Source of the DNA: an uncultured virus (IMG/VR IMGVR_UViG_3300020294_000003)
Taxonomy: Duplodnaviria > Heunggongvirae > Uroviricota > Caudoviricetes
Reading direction: 5' to 3' (one strand)
IMG/VR virus record: IMGVR_UViG_3300020294_000003
DNA: 64,000 bases
Part shown: positions 48,446 to 58,388 of the stretch, one piece after another
Position numbering within the stretch: position 1 is the stretch's first letter
Layout: each line of letters opens with the position of its first letter
Translations under genes and position numbers: made by a program
Notes under the pieces: model-generated
What the model was told of the DNA's origin: nothing
The model's input: only the letters and a program-made list of their open reading frames with translations
The model's database searches: none

Positions 48446-49280
48446 TTATTTAGCAATAGATTTCTTTTTATCTATGTCCTGTAACAAGGACTGCCACTAT
48501 TGTACAAGTTATACTTTAGAGATGAGAAACCTGACCGTAGATATGGACTTTCTTAAAAGCACTTTAGAGAAATTTAAAAACTATAAGATAAGAATATGTT
48601 TACTTGGTGGAGAACCAGGTCTTATTAAAAATTTAGATGATGTTATTAATGAAATTAAAAAGTATCCTAATTTTGTTTGTTCAGTATTATCTAATTCGTT
48701 TATAAGAAAAAGATACCCACATATATTAGAAGATAAGGATATATTATATGTTGAACATAACATATTAGATTGGTACGAGGACGAGGTAAAGATGTTAGGT
48801 AACTTTGACTTTGTACCTGAAAATGATTTTAATAATTATAATGTAGTCGTAAAGACACCAAATTATTTTGCATTTAATCACAAGTATCCTGAAATTATGA
48901 AAAAATTAAATCACAAGAATACTATGTGGAAAGAATTTAATGGCAGATCAAAAGAGTTTACAGATGTTCTACAAGCAACTGAAATAGATAGGAAGATGTG
49001 TGCTGCTTTTCCTATGGTACCTGTAATAGATTTTGAAAAGAAACACATTGTACATTGTAGTAAAAAATTTGCTAATAATAAAGAGCTATCTAAAACTTTT
49101 GAATTGACACAAGAAAATGTTGACAAGATGATGAACTTTCAATTATTTAAATATGAAAAGTATTGTGAAACTTGTACAGAATGGGTACAACCTAAAGGAC
49201 ATTTTCCTATGAGAAAATATGCTAAAGTTATAACTGAATCAGAAAGATTACAAGAAGAATTGGAACCTATCTATGACTAA
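48417..49280 (+). CDS. radical SAM protein with C-terminal Cys cluster (twitch/SPASM-like); start moved to MKTLQ
   Basis: CNKDCHYC and GGEPG, with additional C...HC...CETC. Confidence 0.85.
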   Translation: MKTLQEIQDNYLAIDFFLSMSCNKDCHYCTSYTLEMRNLTVDMDFLKSTLEKFKNYKIRICLLGGEPGLIKNLDDVINEIKKYPNFVCSVLSNSFIRKRYPHILEDKDILYVEHNILDWYEDEVKMLGNFDFVPENDFNNYNVVVKTPNYFAFNHKYPEIMKKLNHKNTMWKEFNGRSKEFTDVLQATEIDRKMCAAFPMVPVIDFEKKHIVHCSKKFANNKELSKTFELTQENVDKMMNFQLFKYEKYCETCTEWVQPKGHFPMRKYAKVITESERLQEELEPIYD

Positions 49281-50763
49281 AATATTTGCTGTTGCATTAA
49301 ACTTACACGACCATAATACATATGATGGTGTGTGGCATAATCAACGAGAAAGATTTACTAGATTTAAACATAATATGCCTTATCACGTTGACGCATATGC
49401 TCATCAATCAGATAAGATAAACACAAGTGATTACAGATTGAATAATGAATATGTAAAAGAATATTTTAAAAAAAGAGATAATGAAACACTAGCATTTTCT
49501 ATGACTGCTGGTGGGATTAAAATGTGCAAAGATATATTGCCAAAAGAAGTATTAGATTATAAACCTAAAAAATTATGGGATCATTATTTCAATGATGATC
49601 TTTATTTTATAGACCATCATCAAGCACACGCCACTTATGCGTTCATTAATTCAGGTTTTGAGAAGTCAGATATACTTGCTATAGACGGATTAGGTTATAA
49701 GTTTAGATGTATATTCATTGATAAAGATGAAAACATAATAGACTTAACTAAAGAGTTGCCATTAGGTTGGTTATGGAATAGAATGTCAAGGGTTACAGGT
49801 TTTGGTTCTTTATGTGCTAGTAAACTTATGGGTTTAGCAGCATACGGTAGTTATAATCAATATTATTATGATGTATTTGAAACAATGGTATCAGGAGATA
49901 TAACAGAAAAAAATCTTAAAGTACATAATCTAATTAATTTAGAATATGGAAAAGAAAATTTAGCATTTACTTTACAAAAATTTACAATGGATAAAATTAA
50001 AGAATATGTTTATCCATTAAAAACTTGTGATAATATTTGCATTGCAGGTGGTGTTGCTTATAATGGTTATATGAATGAAGAATTTACAAAACATTATAAA
50101 AATGTTTTTGTACCACCTGCTGTAGGTGATGAAGGTCAAGCAATAGGAGTTTATCAACACGCTGATTACTTAATGAATGACAACATACATAAATCAGAAA
50201 CATATGGTGGTAAAGAATATGATTTTGTAGGAGATGAAAAATTAACATCTTATAAAGAAGTAGCACAGGCAATTGCTGATGGAAAAATAGTAGGTTGGTT
50301 TCAAGGTAAATCAGAAAGTGGTAATAGAGCATTAGGTAATAGAAGTATATTAGCAGATCCAAGAAGAAAAGATATTAAAGATGTTATCAATCATACTATA
50401 AAAATGAGAGAAGACTTTAGACCATTTGCACCTGTTGTATTAGAAGAACACTACAAAAAATATTTTGATACAAATAGTCCTAGTCCTTATATGAGTAGAA
50501 TATGTAAAGTTAAATCAGATAAAATACCTGGTGTAACTCACGTTGATAATACAGCAAGAATACAAACGGTAAACAAAGAACAAAATAATAAATTGTATGA
50601 ACTTGTAAGAGAGTTTTATGTTATTACAGGTATACCTATGTTATTAAATACAAGTTTTAATAAACACGAACCTATTGTAGAAACACCCTCACACGCATTA
50701 AGAACATTTAATAAAACAGCACTTGATCTATTAGTTATTAACGATTGGATAATTAGAAAATGA
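49273..50763 (+). CDS. O-carbamoyltransferase (NodU/CmcH/TobZ family)
   Basis: HHQAHA, GGVAYN, GDEG, RALGNRSILADP, RPFAP, HVDNTARIQTV, LNTSFN. Confidence 0.93.
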   Translation: MTKIFAVALNLHDHNTYDGVWHNQRERFTRFKHNMPYHVDAYAHQSDKINTSDYRLNNEYVKEYFKKRDNETLAFSMTAGGIKMCKDILPKEVLDYKPKKLWDHYFNDDLYFIDHHQAHATYAFINSGFEKSDILAIDGLGYKFRCIFIDKDENIIDLTKELPLGWLWNRMSRVTGFGSLCASKLMGLAAYGSYNQYYYDVFETMVSGDITEKNLKVHNLINLEYGKENLAFTLQKFTMDKIKEYVYPLKTCDNICIAGGVAYNGYMNEEFTKHYKNVFVPPAVGDEGQAIGVYQHADYLMNDNIHKSETYGGKEYDFVGDEKLTSYKEVAQAIADGKIVGWFQGKSESGNRALGNRSILADPRRKDIKDVINHTIKMREDFRPFAPVVLEEHYKKYFDTNSPSPYMSRICKVKSDKIPGVTHVDNTARIQTVNKEQNNKLYELVREFYVITGIPMLLNTSFNKHEPIVETPSHALRTFNKTALDLLVINDWIIRK

Positions 50764-51476
50764 ATTACTTTGATACATTAGAAAAGAAAAGAAAACACGT
50801 TAAAAAATATGATATGAATAGGATACCACCTAAAGATATTATAGAAAGAGCATTATGGAAAGCGTGGAAAACAACTCCAGGAAAAAATAATGCCGTACCA
50901 TATCAAGTATTAGTTTGGGGACCTGACAAACAAATACATAAAGAAGCAATACATAGTTTAGTTGTTGCATCCCACGATGCTGTAGAGATAGAAGCAAAAA
51001 AAGATCCAAAATTACCTAACACTACAACACAAAAAGAAAATCCAGAATTTGGCAATTTTCCTAATCCATTTTATGAACACGTAGCATATAATCCATATCT
51101 ATTTACAATACATAGTAGAGTATCTACGCCGAATAAATGGTACAAAGAAAAAATTGAACAAGGACATCAATACGATCAAGGTTATGAACATTTGTTTGAA
51201 CATATAATAGATTCAGTATCAGTTGAGGTAGGTTTATTTGCAGGTAATTTAGGATATTATTTACTAGAAGAAGGTTTAGATATATCTTACAATTCTTGTT
51301 TTAGAAGAAGACCAGAACAATGGCACGCAAGAGGATTAACTATGGTAAAAACAAGACCTATAACAATGATAAGTTGTGGTTATGCAAAAAGATATAGAGA
51401 GCAAGATATGAAAAAATGGGGTAAAGATAAATGGGATGTAAAACCTGAAATAGATGAGATAGTAAAATGGATGTAG
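50760..51476 (+). CDS. nitroreductase-fold flavoprotein
   Basis: KRKHVKKY...AWKTTPGKNN..PY; EEGLDISYNSCF. Confidence 0.7.
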   Translation: MNYFDTLEKKRKHVKKYDMNRIPPKDIIERALWKAWKTTPGKNNAVPYQVLVWGPDKQIHKEAIHSLVVASHDAVEIEAKKDPKLPNTTTQKENPEFGNFPNPFYEHVAYNPYLFTIHSRVSTPNKWYKEKIEQGHQYDQGYEHLFEHIIDSVSVEVGLFAGNLGYYLLEEGLDISYNSCFRRRPEQWHARGLTMVKTRPITMISCGYAKRYREQDMKKWGKDKWDVKPEIDEIVKWM

Positions 51477-52069
51477 ATTTACAATTATTTAAAAATATAA
51501 TGGCAGAATCTAGGCACAATAGTGATCTTTTAGATTCATTTAGTCCTAATCAGTTTTTATCAAAAGAAAAAATAATTAAACTTATTAGAGATCAGTTAAT
51601 ATTAAGAACAGATTCGGAAATAGTAATCTTTGGTGGATGGTATGGCAGTATATTAATACCTGCTTTTAAAGAAGTAAAAAGAATTACATTAATTGATAAA
51701 GATAAAGATGTTATTAGTATAGCAAAAAACAGATTATTTAATCATTATAAAAATGTAGATTTTATATGTGATGACGTATTTAATTGGGCACCTGATTCTA
51801 GTAGAATAAAAAATACAGATTTAATAATTAATACCTCTTGTGAACATATGCCATCTATGAAAAAATTAGAGTTAGATACGAATGCTTATTTTGCTTTTAC
51901 CTCTAACAATATGTATGACATTGAAGGTCATATTAATTGTGTATCTTCAATTGAAGAATTTAAATGGCAGTTGCCTGATAATGCAAAAGTAATTAAAGAA
52001 GATAGAATAGTTGATGATAGAGGAACAAGATTTATATTGATAGGTAAATATGAAAAGAATAATTTATAG
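51467..52069 (+). CDS. class I SAM-dependent methyltransferase
   Basis: IVIFGGWYG, LIDKD, DLIINTSCEH. Confidence 0.75.
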   Translation: MDVDLQLFKNIMAESRHNSDLLDSFSPNQFLSKEKIIKLIRDQLILRTDSEIVIFGGWYGSILIPAFKEVKRITLIDKDKDVISIAKNRLFNHYKNVDFICDDVFNWAPDSSRIKNTDLIINTSCEHMPSMKKLELDTNAYFAFTSNNMYDIEGHINCVSSIEEFKWQLPDNAKVIKEDRIVDDRGTRFILIGKYEKNNL

Positions 52070-52913
52070 TTTTTACATTGATATACCTGAAGATGAATTA
52101 GATATATTTGATAAAGATGTTTTAAAGAAACACGAAATACCTAGAAACATTGTTACTAAAAATGAGTTTAAATATAATTACTTTAAGTTATTAGCAAATA
52201 AAAAATGGTATGCAGAATCAATAGGTGTACCTTTTATGATGTTTGAGTATGATCTTCGTTATCAAAAATTTGAAAAAGAAGTTAAAAAACATTATCCATT
52301 TATTACAACTTATAATATAGTCAACTTTTATAAACTAAATTTGCTTTGTGAATTATCAAAAACTTATGATGAAATACTTTATTTAGATTTTGATGTTGTT
52401 TGTTTGACTAAAGATAACTTCTTTGACAATTGGAATTTAGATAAAGGTATTGCAGTATTTGATAATACCTACAAAGTTAATACTATTGAAACTATTACTA
52501 AACAAACTCAAACTATTAGAAGTCCTACAGCAAAATATTATAATGCTCAGGCAATGTTAATAGAGAAAGGTTTAAGTCCTATAAACAAAGTAATTAATAC
52601 AGGTATAATTGGTGCAAATAAAGAACACATAAACAAACTAAAATACTTTGATGACTTTGATAATGATATTAAAACAATGAAAAATCTAACAACAAACTAT
52701 GATGTATTTCCTAAAAAAATTGTAGATTTTTTTGGTTATGATAATGAAACTTTGTTTAGTGTTAAGTTAAATGAACATAACGTACCTGTACAATGGTTAG
52801 ATAATGAATGGCATTACTTCTTTGATAGACAAGGATTTATACCTAAAGAAACTAAATTTGTACACGCAATCAATAAAAAATTTGATGTATGTTGGAGAAG
52901 ATATTATGCTTAA
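52050..52913 (+). CDS. GT-A glycosyltransferase / nucleotide-diphospho-sugar transferase
   Basis: ILYLDFDV (DxD), INTGII, DNET, FVHAINK. Confidence 0.7.
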   Translation: MKRIIYSFYIDIPEDELDIFDKDVLKKHEIPRNIVTKNEFKYNYFKLLANKKWYAESIGVPFMMFEYDLRYQKFEKEVKKHYPFITTYNIVNFYKLNLLCELSKTYDEILYLDFDVVCLTKDNFFDNWNLDKGIAVFDNTYKVNTIETITKQTQTIRSPTAKYYNAQAMLIEKGLSPINKVINTGIIGANKEHINKLKYFDDFDNDIKTMKNLTTNYDVFPKKIVDFFGYDNETLFSVKLNEHNVPVQWLDNEWHYFFDRQGFIPKETKFVHAINKKFDVCWRRYYA

Positions 52914-53649
52914 GATATGTACCGTATATTTTGATGGTTTCTATACACCAGATTATGTTTCAAAACTTTATAGAAGTTTAAAAAGAAACTCTACTATACC
53001 ATTTAAGTTTGTATGTATTAGTGATACAGATGTTGAGGCAGATGTTGTGTTACCTTATAATCATCAAAGTAATATTAAGAAACATTGGCATAAATTAAAA
53101 TACTTTAGTCCTCAATTTGCTTATCAGAAACCTGGAGATGAGATTATAGTTATGGATATTGACCAAGTGATAACGGGCAACGTAGATGAATTAATAGGGC
53201 ATCCTGTATCAGATAATGAGATTATAACTTATGGTCAATGGTGGGATAGTAAACTAAAGATTAATGGTGGTTTTTATAAGTTTAAATCAGGTAGTTTAAA
53301 AAGTATATGGGATGACTTTGCACTTAATCCTGAATACTGGCAATTACATTATTACAATAATGGCGATGTACATACAAAATATTATGGAGAACAAAACTAC
53401 GTTAATTGGAAAGTACAAGAACATAATATAAAACTAACAACAACACCACAACAATGGTTATGTAAATATACAGATGACTTCAAACAAAATTTACATTTAA
53501 ACAAAACTTATAGTAAGAAATTTGATACTGAATATATGATACTTGATGATGTGCATAAGTATATAAAAGTGGTACATTTTACAGGTGTTGGCAAAACTAT
53601 ACACAAGTCAAATGCAAATTTTTTAAAGGAACATTGGAATGGCGATTAA
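52906..53649 (+). CDS. GT-A (GT8-like) glycosyltransferase; start moved to MLKICTVY
   Basis: YVSKLY, FVCISD, WHKL, MDIDQVI, GEQNYV, VVHFTG. Confidence 0.75.
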   Translation: MLKICTVYFDGFYTPDYVSKLYRSLKRNSTIPFKFVCISDTDVEADVVLPYNHQSNIKKHWHKLKYFSPQFAYQKPGDEIIVMDIDQVITGNVDELIGHPVSDNEIITYGQWWDSKLKINGGFYKFKSGSLKSIWDDFALNPEYWQLHYYNNGDVHTKYYGEQNYVNWKVQEHNIKLTTTPQQWLCKYTDDFKQNLHLNKTYSKKFDTEYMILDDVHKYIKVVHFTGVGKTIHKSNANFLKEHWNGD

Positions 53650-54553
53650 AAAAATATTTAAGCACACATTAGAAGTTAAAGAAGACTTTATGCGAAAGTA
53701 TATGGCAAAAACCTACAATTGGGATTTTGAAAGACAAATAATGGGTAAGATACAAAAGGTCCAACGAAATTGGGATTATGAAAAGTATAATTCAAAAAAT
53801 GAAAAAGACAGAAAACAAAATTTAGAAGAATTATTATGGGTTGCTACAAATACTCCGTCAAAACAATATGAAGGATATTTTGATTTGTATTATACAGATG
53901 ATAGAAAAGTTATAGAAGAATTATACAAATACACGTGGGGCAATACTCATAGAAGAAATCCACCATCTACTTGGAGAAACTCACAAGCAAATGCAAGTGT
54001 TTATATTATGTGGATTGCAAAAGAACCTAACACACAAATGAACTCTAACGCTGATGGTACATTAAAAGAAAACACCCACCACGAGAGATGGTTAAATGCT
54101 TATGTAAGTATCGGTATATCAATGGGTTTGACAGCAAGGGCGGCTGCTAAAATGGGTTATGATACAGGATTTAATAAAAATCATAATGATTTAGATAATG
54201 ATAATTTTTGGGAAAAAAGATTAGGCATACTAGAAGACGTTGAAGCAGGTAGAAAAAAAATTACCTATGGATTAGGTATAGGTTATGGACAAGAAGGAAG
54301 AGAGCGTTGGGAATCAGATGAAAAAGAATTAATGATAGGTGCAGCCAACGGAAGTAAAATTACTTTAACTGAACAAGAAACACATAAGAGAACTGGTTTA
54401 CCTATGAGAAAAGCAAAGATAGTTAATATAGAAGGCAAAGGTAATACAAAAGTTAAAGACCCATATGGTGTAGAACATATACTTCCAGAAAATGCTGATT
54501 TTAAAATAAACTCTTTTAACAATAGAGGCATAAAAATTACTGAAATAAAATGA
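53639..54553 (+). CDS. nitroreductase-fold flavoprotein
   Basis: QRNWD...ATNTPSKQ; SIGISMG...AAKMGYDTGF...LGIGY. Confidence 0.7.
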   Translation: MAIKKIFKHTLEVKEDFMRKYMAKTYNWDFERQIMGKIQKVQRNWDYEKYNSKNEKDRKQNLEELLWVATNTPSKQYEGYFDLYYTDDRKVIEELYKYTWGNTHRRNPPSTWRNSQANASVYIMWIAKEPNTQMNSNADGTLKENTHHERWLNAYVSIGISMGLTARAAAKMGYDTGFNKNHNDLDNDNFWEKRLGILEDVEAGRKKITYGLGIGYGQEGRERWESDEKELMIGAANGSKITLTEQETHKRTGLPMRKAKIVNIEGKGNTKVKDPYGVEHILPENADFKINSFNNRGIKITEIK

Positions 54554-55128
54554 GAATAATTTGTTGTAGATTTGGTACAAAGTTTACAGATTGGCACGTA
54601 AAAAATCTTAAACATATGATAGATAACTATTCAGGATTATCTTACGATAGTTTTGAGGTTATTGAAAATGACATCTATGGTAATTGGTATAATAAACTTC
54701 AAATGTATGATAAGTTTAGAGATGGAGAAAACTTATACTTTGATTTAGATGTTATTATCTATGACAAACTACCTAATTTAATTAGAAAAGAATTTACACT
54801 ATTAGATGATAGTTGGTGGAGAGAACCAGCACATACGCCGTTAAACTCATCTATTGTATCTTGGACAGGAGATAAGTCTTGGATATGGGATAAGTTTAAA
54901 TCAAATGATACAGAATATTTAAAAGTATATAATAAAGGTAGTGATGAATTTTATTATAAACAAATTGTATATGAAACTTATGATAAAATTTGTCCGTCTA
55001 TAAAAAATTATATCTATGAAAAACCAAAAGATTATAGTATAGTAACTTTAGGTCAAATGCACCACATACTAGAAGAAGGTTGGAATGGTTGGTGGTCTAA
55101 TTACTTATTATCTCAAAAGCAACTTTAA
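54550..55128 (+). CDS. GT-A (GT8-like) glycosyltransferase
   Basis: WYNKL, LYFDLDVII, NSSIVSW. Confidence 0.7.
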   Translation: MRIICCRFGTKFTDWHVKNLKHMIDNYSGLSYDSFEVIENDIYGNWYNKLQMYDKFRDGENLYFDLDVIIYDKLPNLIRKEFTLLDDSWWREPAHTPLNSSIVSWTGDKSWIWDKFKSNDTEYLKVYNKGSDEFYYKQIVYETYDKICPSIKNYIYEKPKDYSIVTLGQMHHILEEGWNGWWSNYLLSQKQL

Positions 55129-55576
55129 GTGTATCAATCTTATTTTTAGATTGTCTTAATTTTTTTTTCATTTCATTATTTTTAGAATCTTTAATTTTTT
55201 CTAATTCAAATAATGCTATTTTTAAAGCAAATAATTGATCTTCATTATCAGGATCGGTAAATATTGCTGAAACTAATTTATTATAATACTTACTATCTAT
55301 TTTAGTATCATCTACTAACAATCCATCTTTTTTTGCAATCTCCATAACTTTTGTTTCAAAGATTTTTTGCTCTTGTTTCTTTTTTTGGTATGTGTTTTCG
55401 TGTAGATCATCAACGGTTATTACACTTGTTAATTCTTTAAATGAAGGATTGTTTTCATCAAAAGGTATTATAGTAGGTATAATTTGTTTTTTATCTTCGC
55501 TTGTTGTTAATATTTCTATATTTTGTCTATCGTTATCTATAAAATAAGCACCAATTAAGTTTTCTTTAGTTATCAT
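55097..55576 (-). CDS. hypothetical protein
   Basis: 159-aa ORF coupled to the epimerase gene; LFALKIALFE motif. Confidence 0.6.
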   Translation of the reverse strand: MITKENLIGAYFIDNDRQNIEILTTSEDKKQIIPTIIPFDENNPSFKELTSVITVDDLHENTYQKKKQEQKIFETKVMEIAKKDGLLVDDTKIDSKYYNKLVSAIFTDPDNEDQLFALKIALFELEKIKDSKNNEMKKKLRQSKNKIDTLKVAFEIISN

Positions 55577-56306
55577 AATTTTCCTTTAAGTAATCTAGTA
55601 AGTTTGTTTTTGGAATCCAACCCATTTCAGATAATACACCAATCTGTGCCTTATTATCTTTTCTCTCAAACATTGTTCCCATTCTCTTATCTTTTACGTC
55701 TATATTTAGATGAGATAAAATATCCAATAAATTATGAGAAACACCTGTACCAACATCTATAACTTTTCTTTTTCTAGGTGGTTTATTAACTATTAAAAAA
55801 CCTATAGCAGTTAATATATCTTCAACGTGTATAAAATCTCTACTATGATCTACGTTAATATAAGAAACATCATCTCTTAAAATTTTTGGTATTAACATTT
55901 GCTCTCTAGCATTTGGACCATAAACGGTTGTAAATCTCATACCTAAAGCATTATGTGGTGCAATTGTTTCCATATAAAACTTACTCATTGCATATGGATT
56001 ACGCCAAGGTTCTCTAGCAGTAGATGAACTCGCATATAATATTTTAGGACCGTTTTTAAATTGTTTAAAGACTCTATGACTTGCAACTACATTATTTGTC
56101 CAATACTCAACAGGATTATCTAAACTATCTCTTACACCTGATAAACCTGCTAGATGTATTACTAAATCTACATCATAGTCTAAATCACAAGTAAGTAAAT
56201 CATTACCTGTTTTTTTATCTATACAAATTAGATTATGTTTGTCTTTTAAAAATGATTGAATGTGTTGACCTATGAAGCCTTCACTGCCTGTTAATAATAT
56301 ATTCAT
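55566..56306 (-). CDS. NAD-dependent nucleotide-sugar epimerase/dehydratase
   Basis: TGSEGFIG, HLAG, YASSS, YAMSK (YxxxK), RDFIHV. Confidence 0.92.
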   Translation of the reverse strand: MNILLTGSEGFIGQHIQSFLKDKHNLICIDKKTGNDLLTCDLDYDVDLVIHLAGLSGVRDSLDNPVEYWTNNVVASHRVFKQFKNGPKILYASSSTAREPWRNPYAMSKFYMETIAPHNALGMRFTTVYGPNAREQMLIPKILRDDVSYINVDHSRDFIHVEDILTAIGFLIVNKPPRKRKVIDVGTGVSHNLLDILSHLNIDVKDKRMGTMFERKDNKAQIGVLSEMGWIPKTNLLDYLKENYDN

Positions 56307-56315
56307 TGTTTTTCA

Positions 56316-57260
56316 TTACGATTTTCTTATTCTCAAATAATATGTGTTAATTGATGTTGGTGTTCCGTCTGGAAATTCTTGTGCTCTATAATCATCACTT
56401 ACTTGTCTTGTTTGGTAATTACCTGTTCCGTTTAATCTAGTATCACTCATACCTGAACCTCTTATATTACCTGTTCCACTTGTACCTAAATTGTAATCTA
56501 ATTTAAAACCATCATTAGAAGACGCCGCTGTTGCTCTTATCCAACCTTGTACTAAAGATTCAAATGTTCCACCAGCAAATTCTTGTAAGTGATTTTGAGC
56601 ATTTATATAAAAAGGTTTTATATATGATGTATTTGATCCATCAACTCTTTGTAAATAAAAACTTGTAATTGTAGTAGGTTGATCTAAAGTTTCACCAGAA
56701 GCGCTTTCTAAACCAGCGTTTGTATATGCTGAAGTGTCTGCTCTTGTATCTAAAAATATTGGCGTTCCACTTACTAAAGTTGATCCTGAAACACTAGAAG
56801 TTGTGGTAATATGATACGTTCCTGCTTGTTGAGAAGTTGTTGTAGCAGCAGTTAATAAATTTATTGCAGGATGTAAAAAAGTATCTTTAACATCTTGTAA
56901 ACTCATTGCTTGAATATTGCCACTTGCGTTATAATATGCAGGCCAAGTTTTACCTGTATCACCTGTTGGACTTACACTTGCAATTGATTGACTAATTTTA
57001 TCATATGTAACCGTAACTACTGAAGGTTCTGCTGTAGATGATTCAGGAGGGAAAGAACTATTAGTTTGTATCATAGCACCTGCCTGTAATCTAGTATCTG
57101 AAATAGAACCTAAATTACCACCTGAAGATACAACTGATAATGATACACTTGGATTTAATGAATATTGATAAACGACTTGATCTACAATTTGATCCACCTC
57201 TGCTGAGGTCATCTCTTTGACGTTTCCACTATCGTTTTTTAAAGGTGATCTTACTGCCAT
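56316..57260 (-). CDS. virion structural protein
   Basis: S/T/G-rich; internal repeated motifs (DTRL/DTRA; IQAMS/LQEF); late promoter upstream. Confidence 0.6.
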   Translation of the reverse strand: MAVRSPLKNDSGNVKEMTSAEVDQIVDQVVYQYSLNPSVSLSVVSSGGNLGSISDTRLQAGAMIQTNSSFPPESSTAEPSVVTVTYDKISQSIASVSPTGDTGKTWPAYYNASGNIQAMSLQDVKDTFLHPAINLLTAATTTSQQAGTYHITTTSSVSGSTLVSGTPIFLDTRADTSAYTNAGLESASGETLDQPTTITSFYLQRVDGSNTSYIKPFYINAQNHLQEFAGGTFESLVQGWIRATAASSNDGFKLDYNLGTSGTGNIRGSGMSDTRLNGTGNYQTRQVSDDYRAQEFPDGTPTSINTYYLRIRKS

Positions 57261-57278
57261 AATATATTCTTTCTCATA

Positions 57279-57286
57279 TACTTATA
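57279..57286 (-). promoter_or_regulatory. late promoter variant TATAAGTA
   Basis: Intergenic; the variant recurs at 19036 and 24556. Confidence 0.55.
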
Positions 57287-57296
57287 CGACTTCTAA

Positions 57297-58166
57297 TTAT
57301 GCACCAGCGCCATATATTGATTTTAAAACTCCTCCAGATGAGTTTAGTATTTGTAAGTTTACAACTGATTTAAGTTGATCTTGTCCTACAGCGTCATCAG
57401 CAATTTTAGCCTCACCAATAGAATCGTCTGCAAGATCACTTCCTGTTAATGTACCAGGCGCAATCATTGTACTTGTTATTGTACCAGTATCGCCTGTTGT
57501 AATTACCGTACCAGTAATATCTGGAAGTGTAATTGTATTATTTGCTGTTGGGTCTGTTGCAGTTACCGTAGTTTTAAATGTACCTGCAGTAGCACCATCA
57601 AACTCAACTGAACTATTGAAAAGAGGTACAGCGTCAAAAGTTAATGCCTTGCCAGCTGCTGAAGAAGTAAATTTAGGTATACTAGACGCTTCAGCAATTG
57701 ATAATAATCCACTACCTGTATCTAATTGACTAACTCTTAATGTATCTAAAACAGATAACATATTAGTATCAACTGATCTAATATTATTTCCACTAATTTC
57801 AACCGTTCCAAAAGTATGTGTAGAACCTAAAGCAGTTAAACTATTTGGTATAGTTACATTATTAGGAAAAGAAAATTGAATTGTATCTTGCGGAGATACA
57901 ACCGTCTGTATTTGATTAGCAGTACCTAAAACCGTTAAAGTATCACCACCACCAACAATCTGTGTAGTTGAAGTATCATCAGCAATTGTCCACCCAGCAG
58001 TTGATGTTGCAATACTAATAGTTTCGTTCATAGCGTCAACTAAATTAGACGCACTAATAGAACCTGATAGGTTTGCAATATCACCGAATTGATTTGCTGA
58101 TAAGTCGTTAAACTCCAGTCTAAATTGTTCTAGTGTATCTGTTTCTGCTATAAATTTTACAGCCAT
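57297..58166 (-). CDS. baseplate/tail-fibre protein
   Basis: TDTLEQFRLEFN anchor, NLVDAMNE, PTANNTITLPD, KIADDAV repeats. Confidence 0.65.
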   Translation of the reverse strand: MAVKFIAETDTLEQFRLEFNDLSANQFGDIANLSGSISASNLVDAMNETISIATSTAGWTIADDTSTTQIVGGGDTLTVLGTANQIQTVVSPQDTIQFSFPNNVTIPNSLTALGSTHTFGTVEISGNNIRSVDTNMLSVLDTLRVSQLDTGSGLLSIAEASSIPKFTSSAAGKALTFDAVPLFNSSVEFDGATAGTFKTTVTATDPTANNTITLPDITGTVITTGDTGTITSTMIAPGTLTGSDLADDSIGEAKIADDAVGQDQLKSVVNLQILNSSGGVLKSIYGAGA

Positions 58167-58387
58167 TATTTTTTACCTTTTAATATTAAATCTTTTATCT
58201 CTTTTAATTCTGCCTTTAAACTATTTATCTCCTTACAGACATTTCTTAATTTATCGCCTTGTGATTCTCTTTGTTTAACTCTTTGCATATAGATTTGATA
58301 TTCAGTTTTATTATTTGAAATAATAGCATTAGAAGATGTATCTCTTACTATGTTTTCAAATCCTTCAACTTTTAAAAATCTACTCAT
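58166..58387 (-). CDS. small coiled-coil protein (start moved to MSRFLKVEG)
   Basis: KVEG...VRD..SNAII...coiled coil, a pattern typical of the gene following DUF4815 proteins. Confidence 0.7.
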   Translation of the reverse strand: MSRFLKVEGFENIVRDTSSNAIISNNKTEYQIYMQRVKQRESQGDKLRNVCKEINSLKAELKEIKDLILKGKK

Positions 58388-58388
58388 A

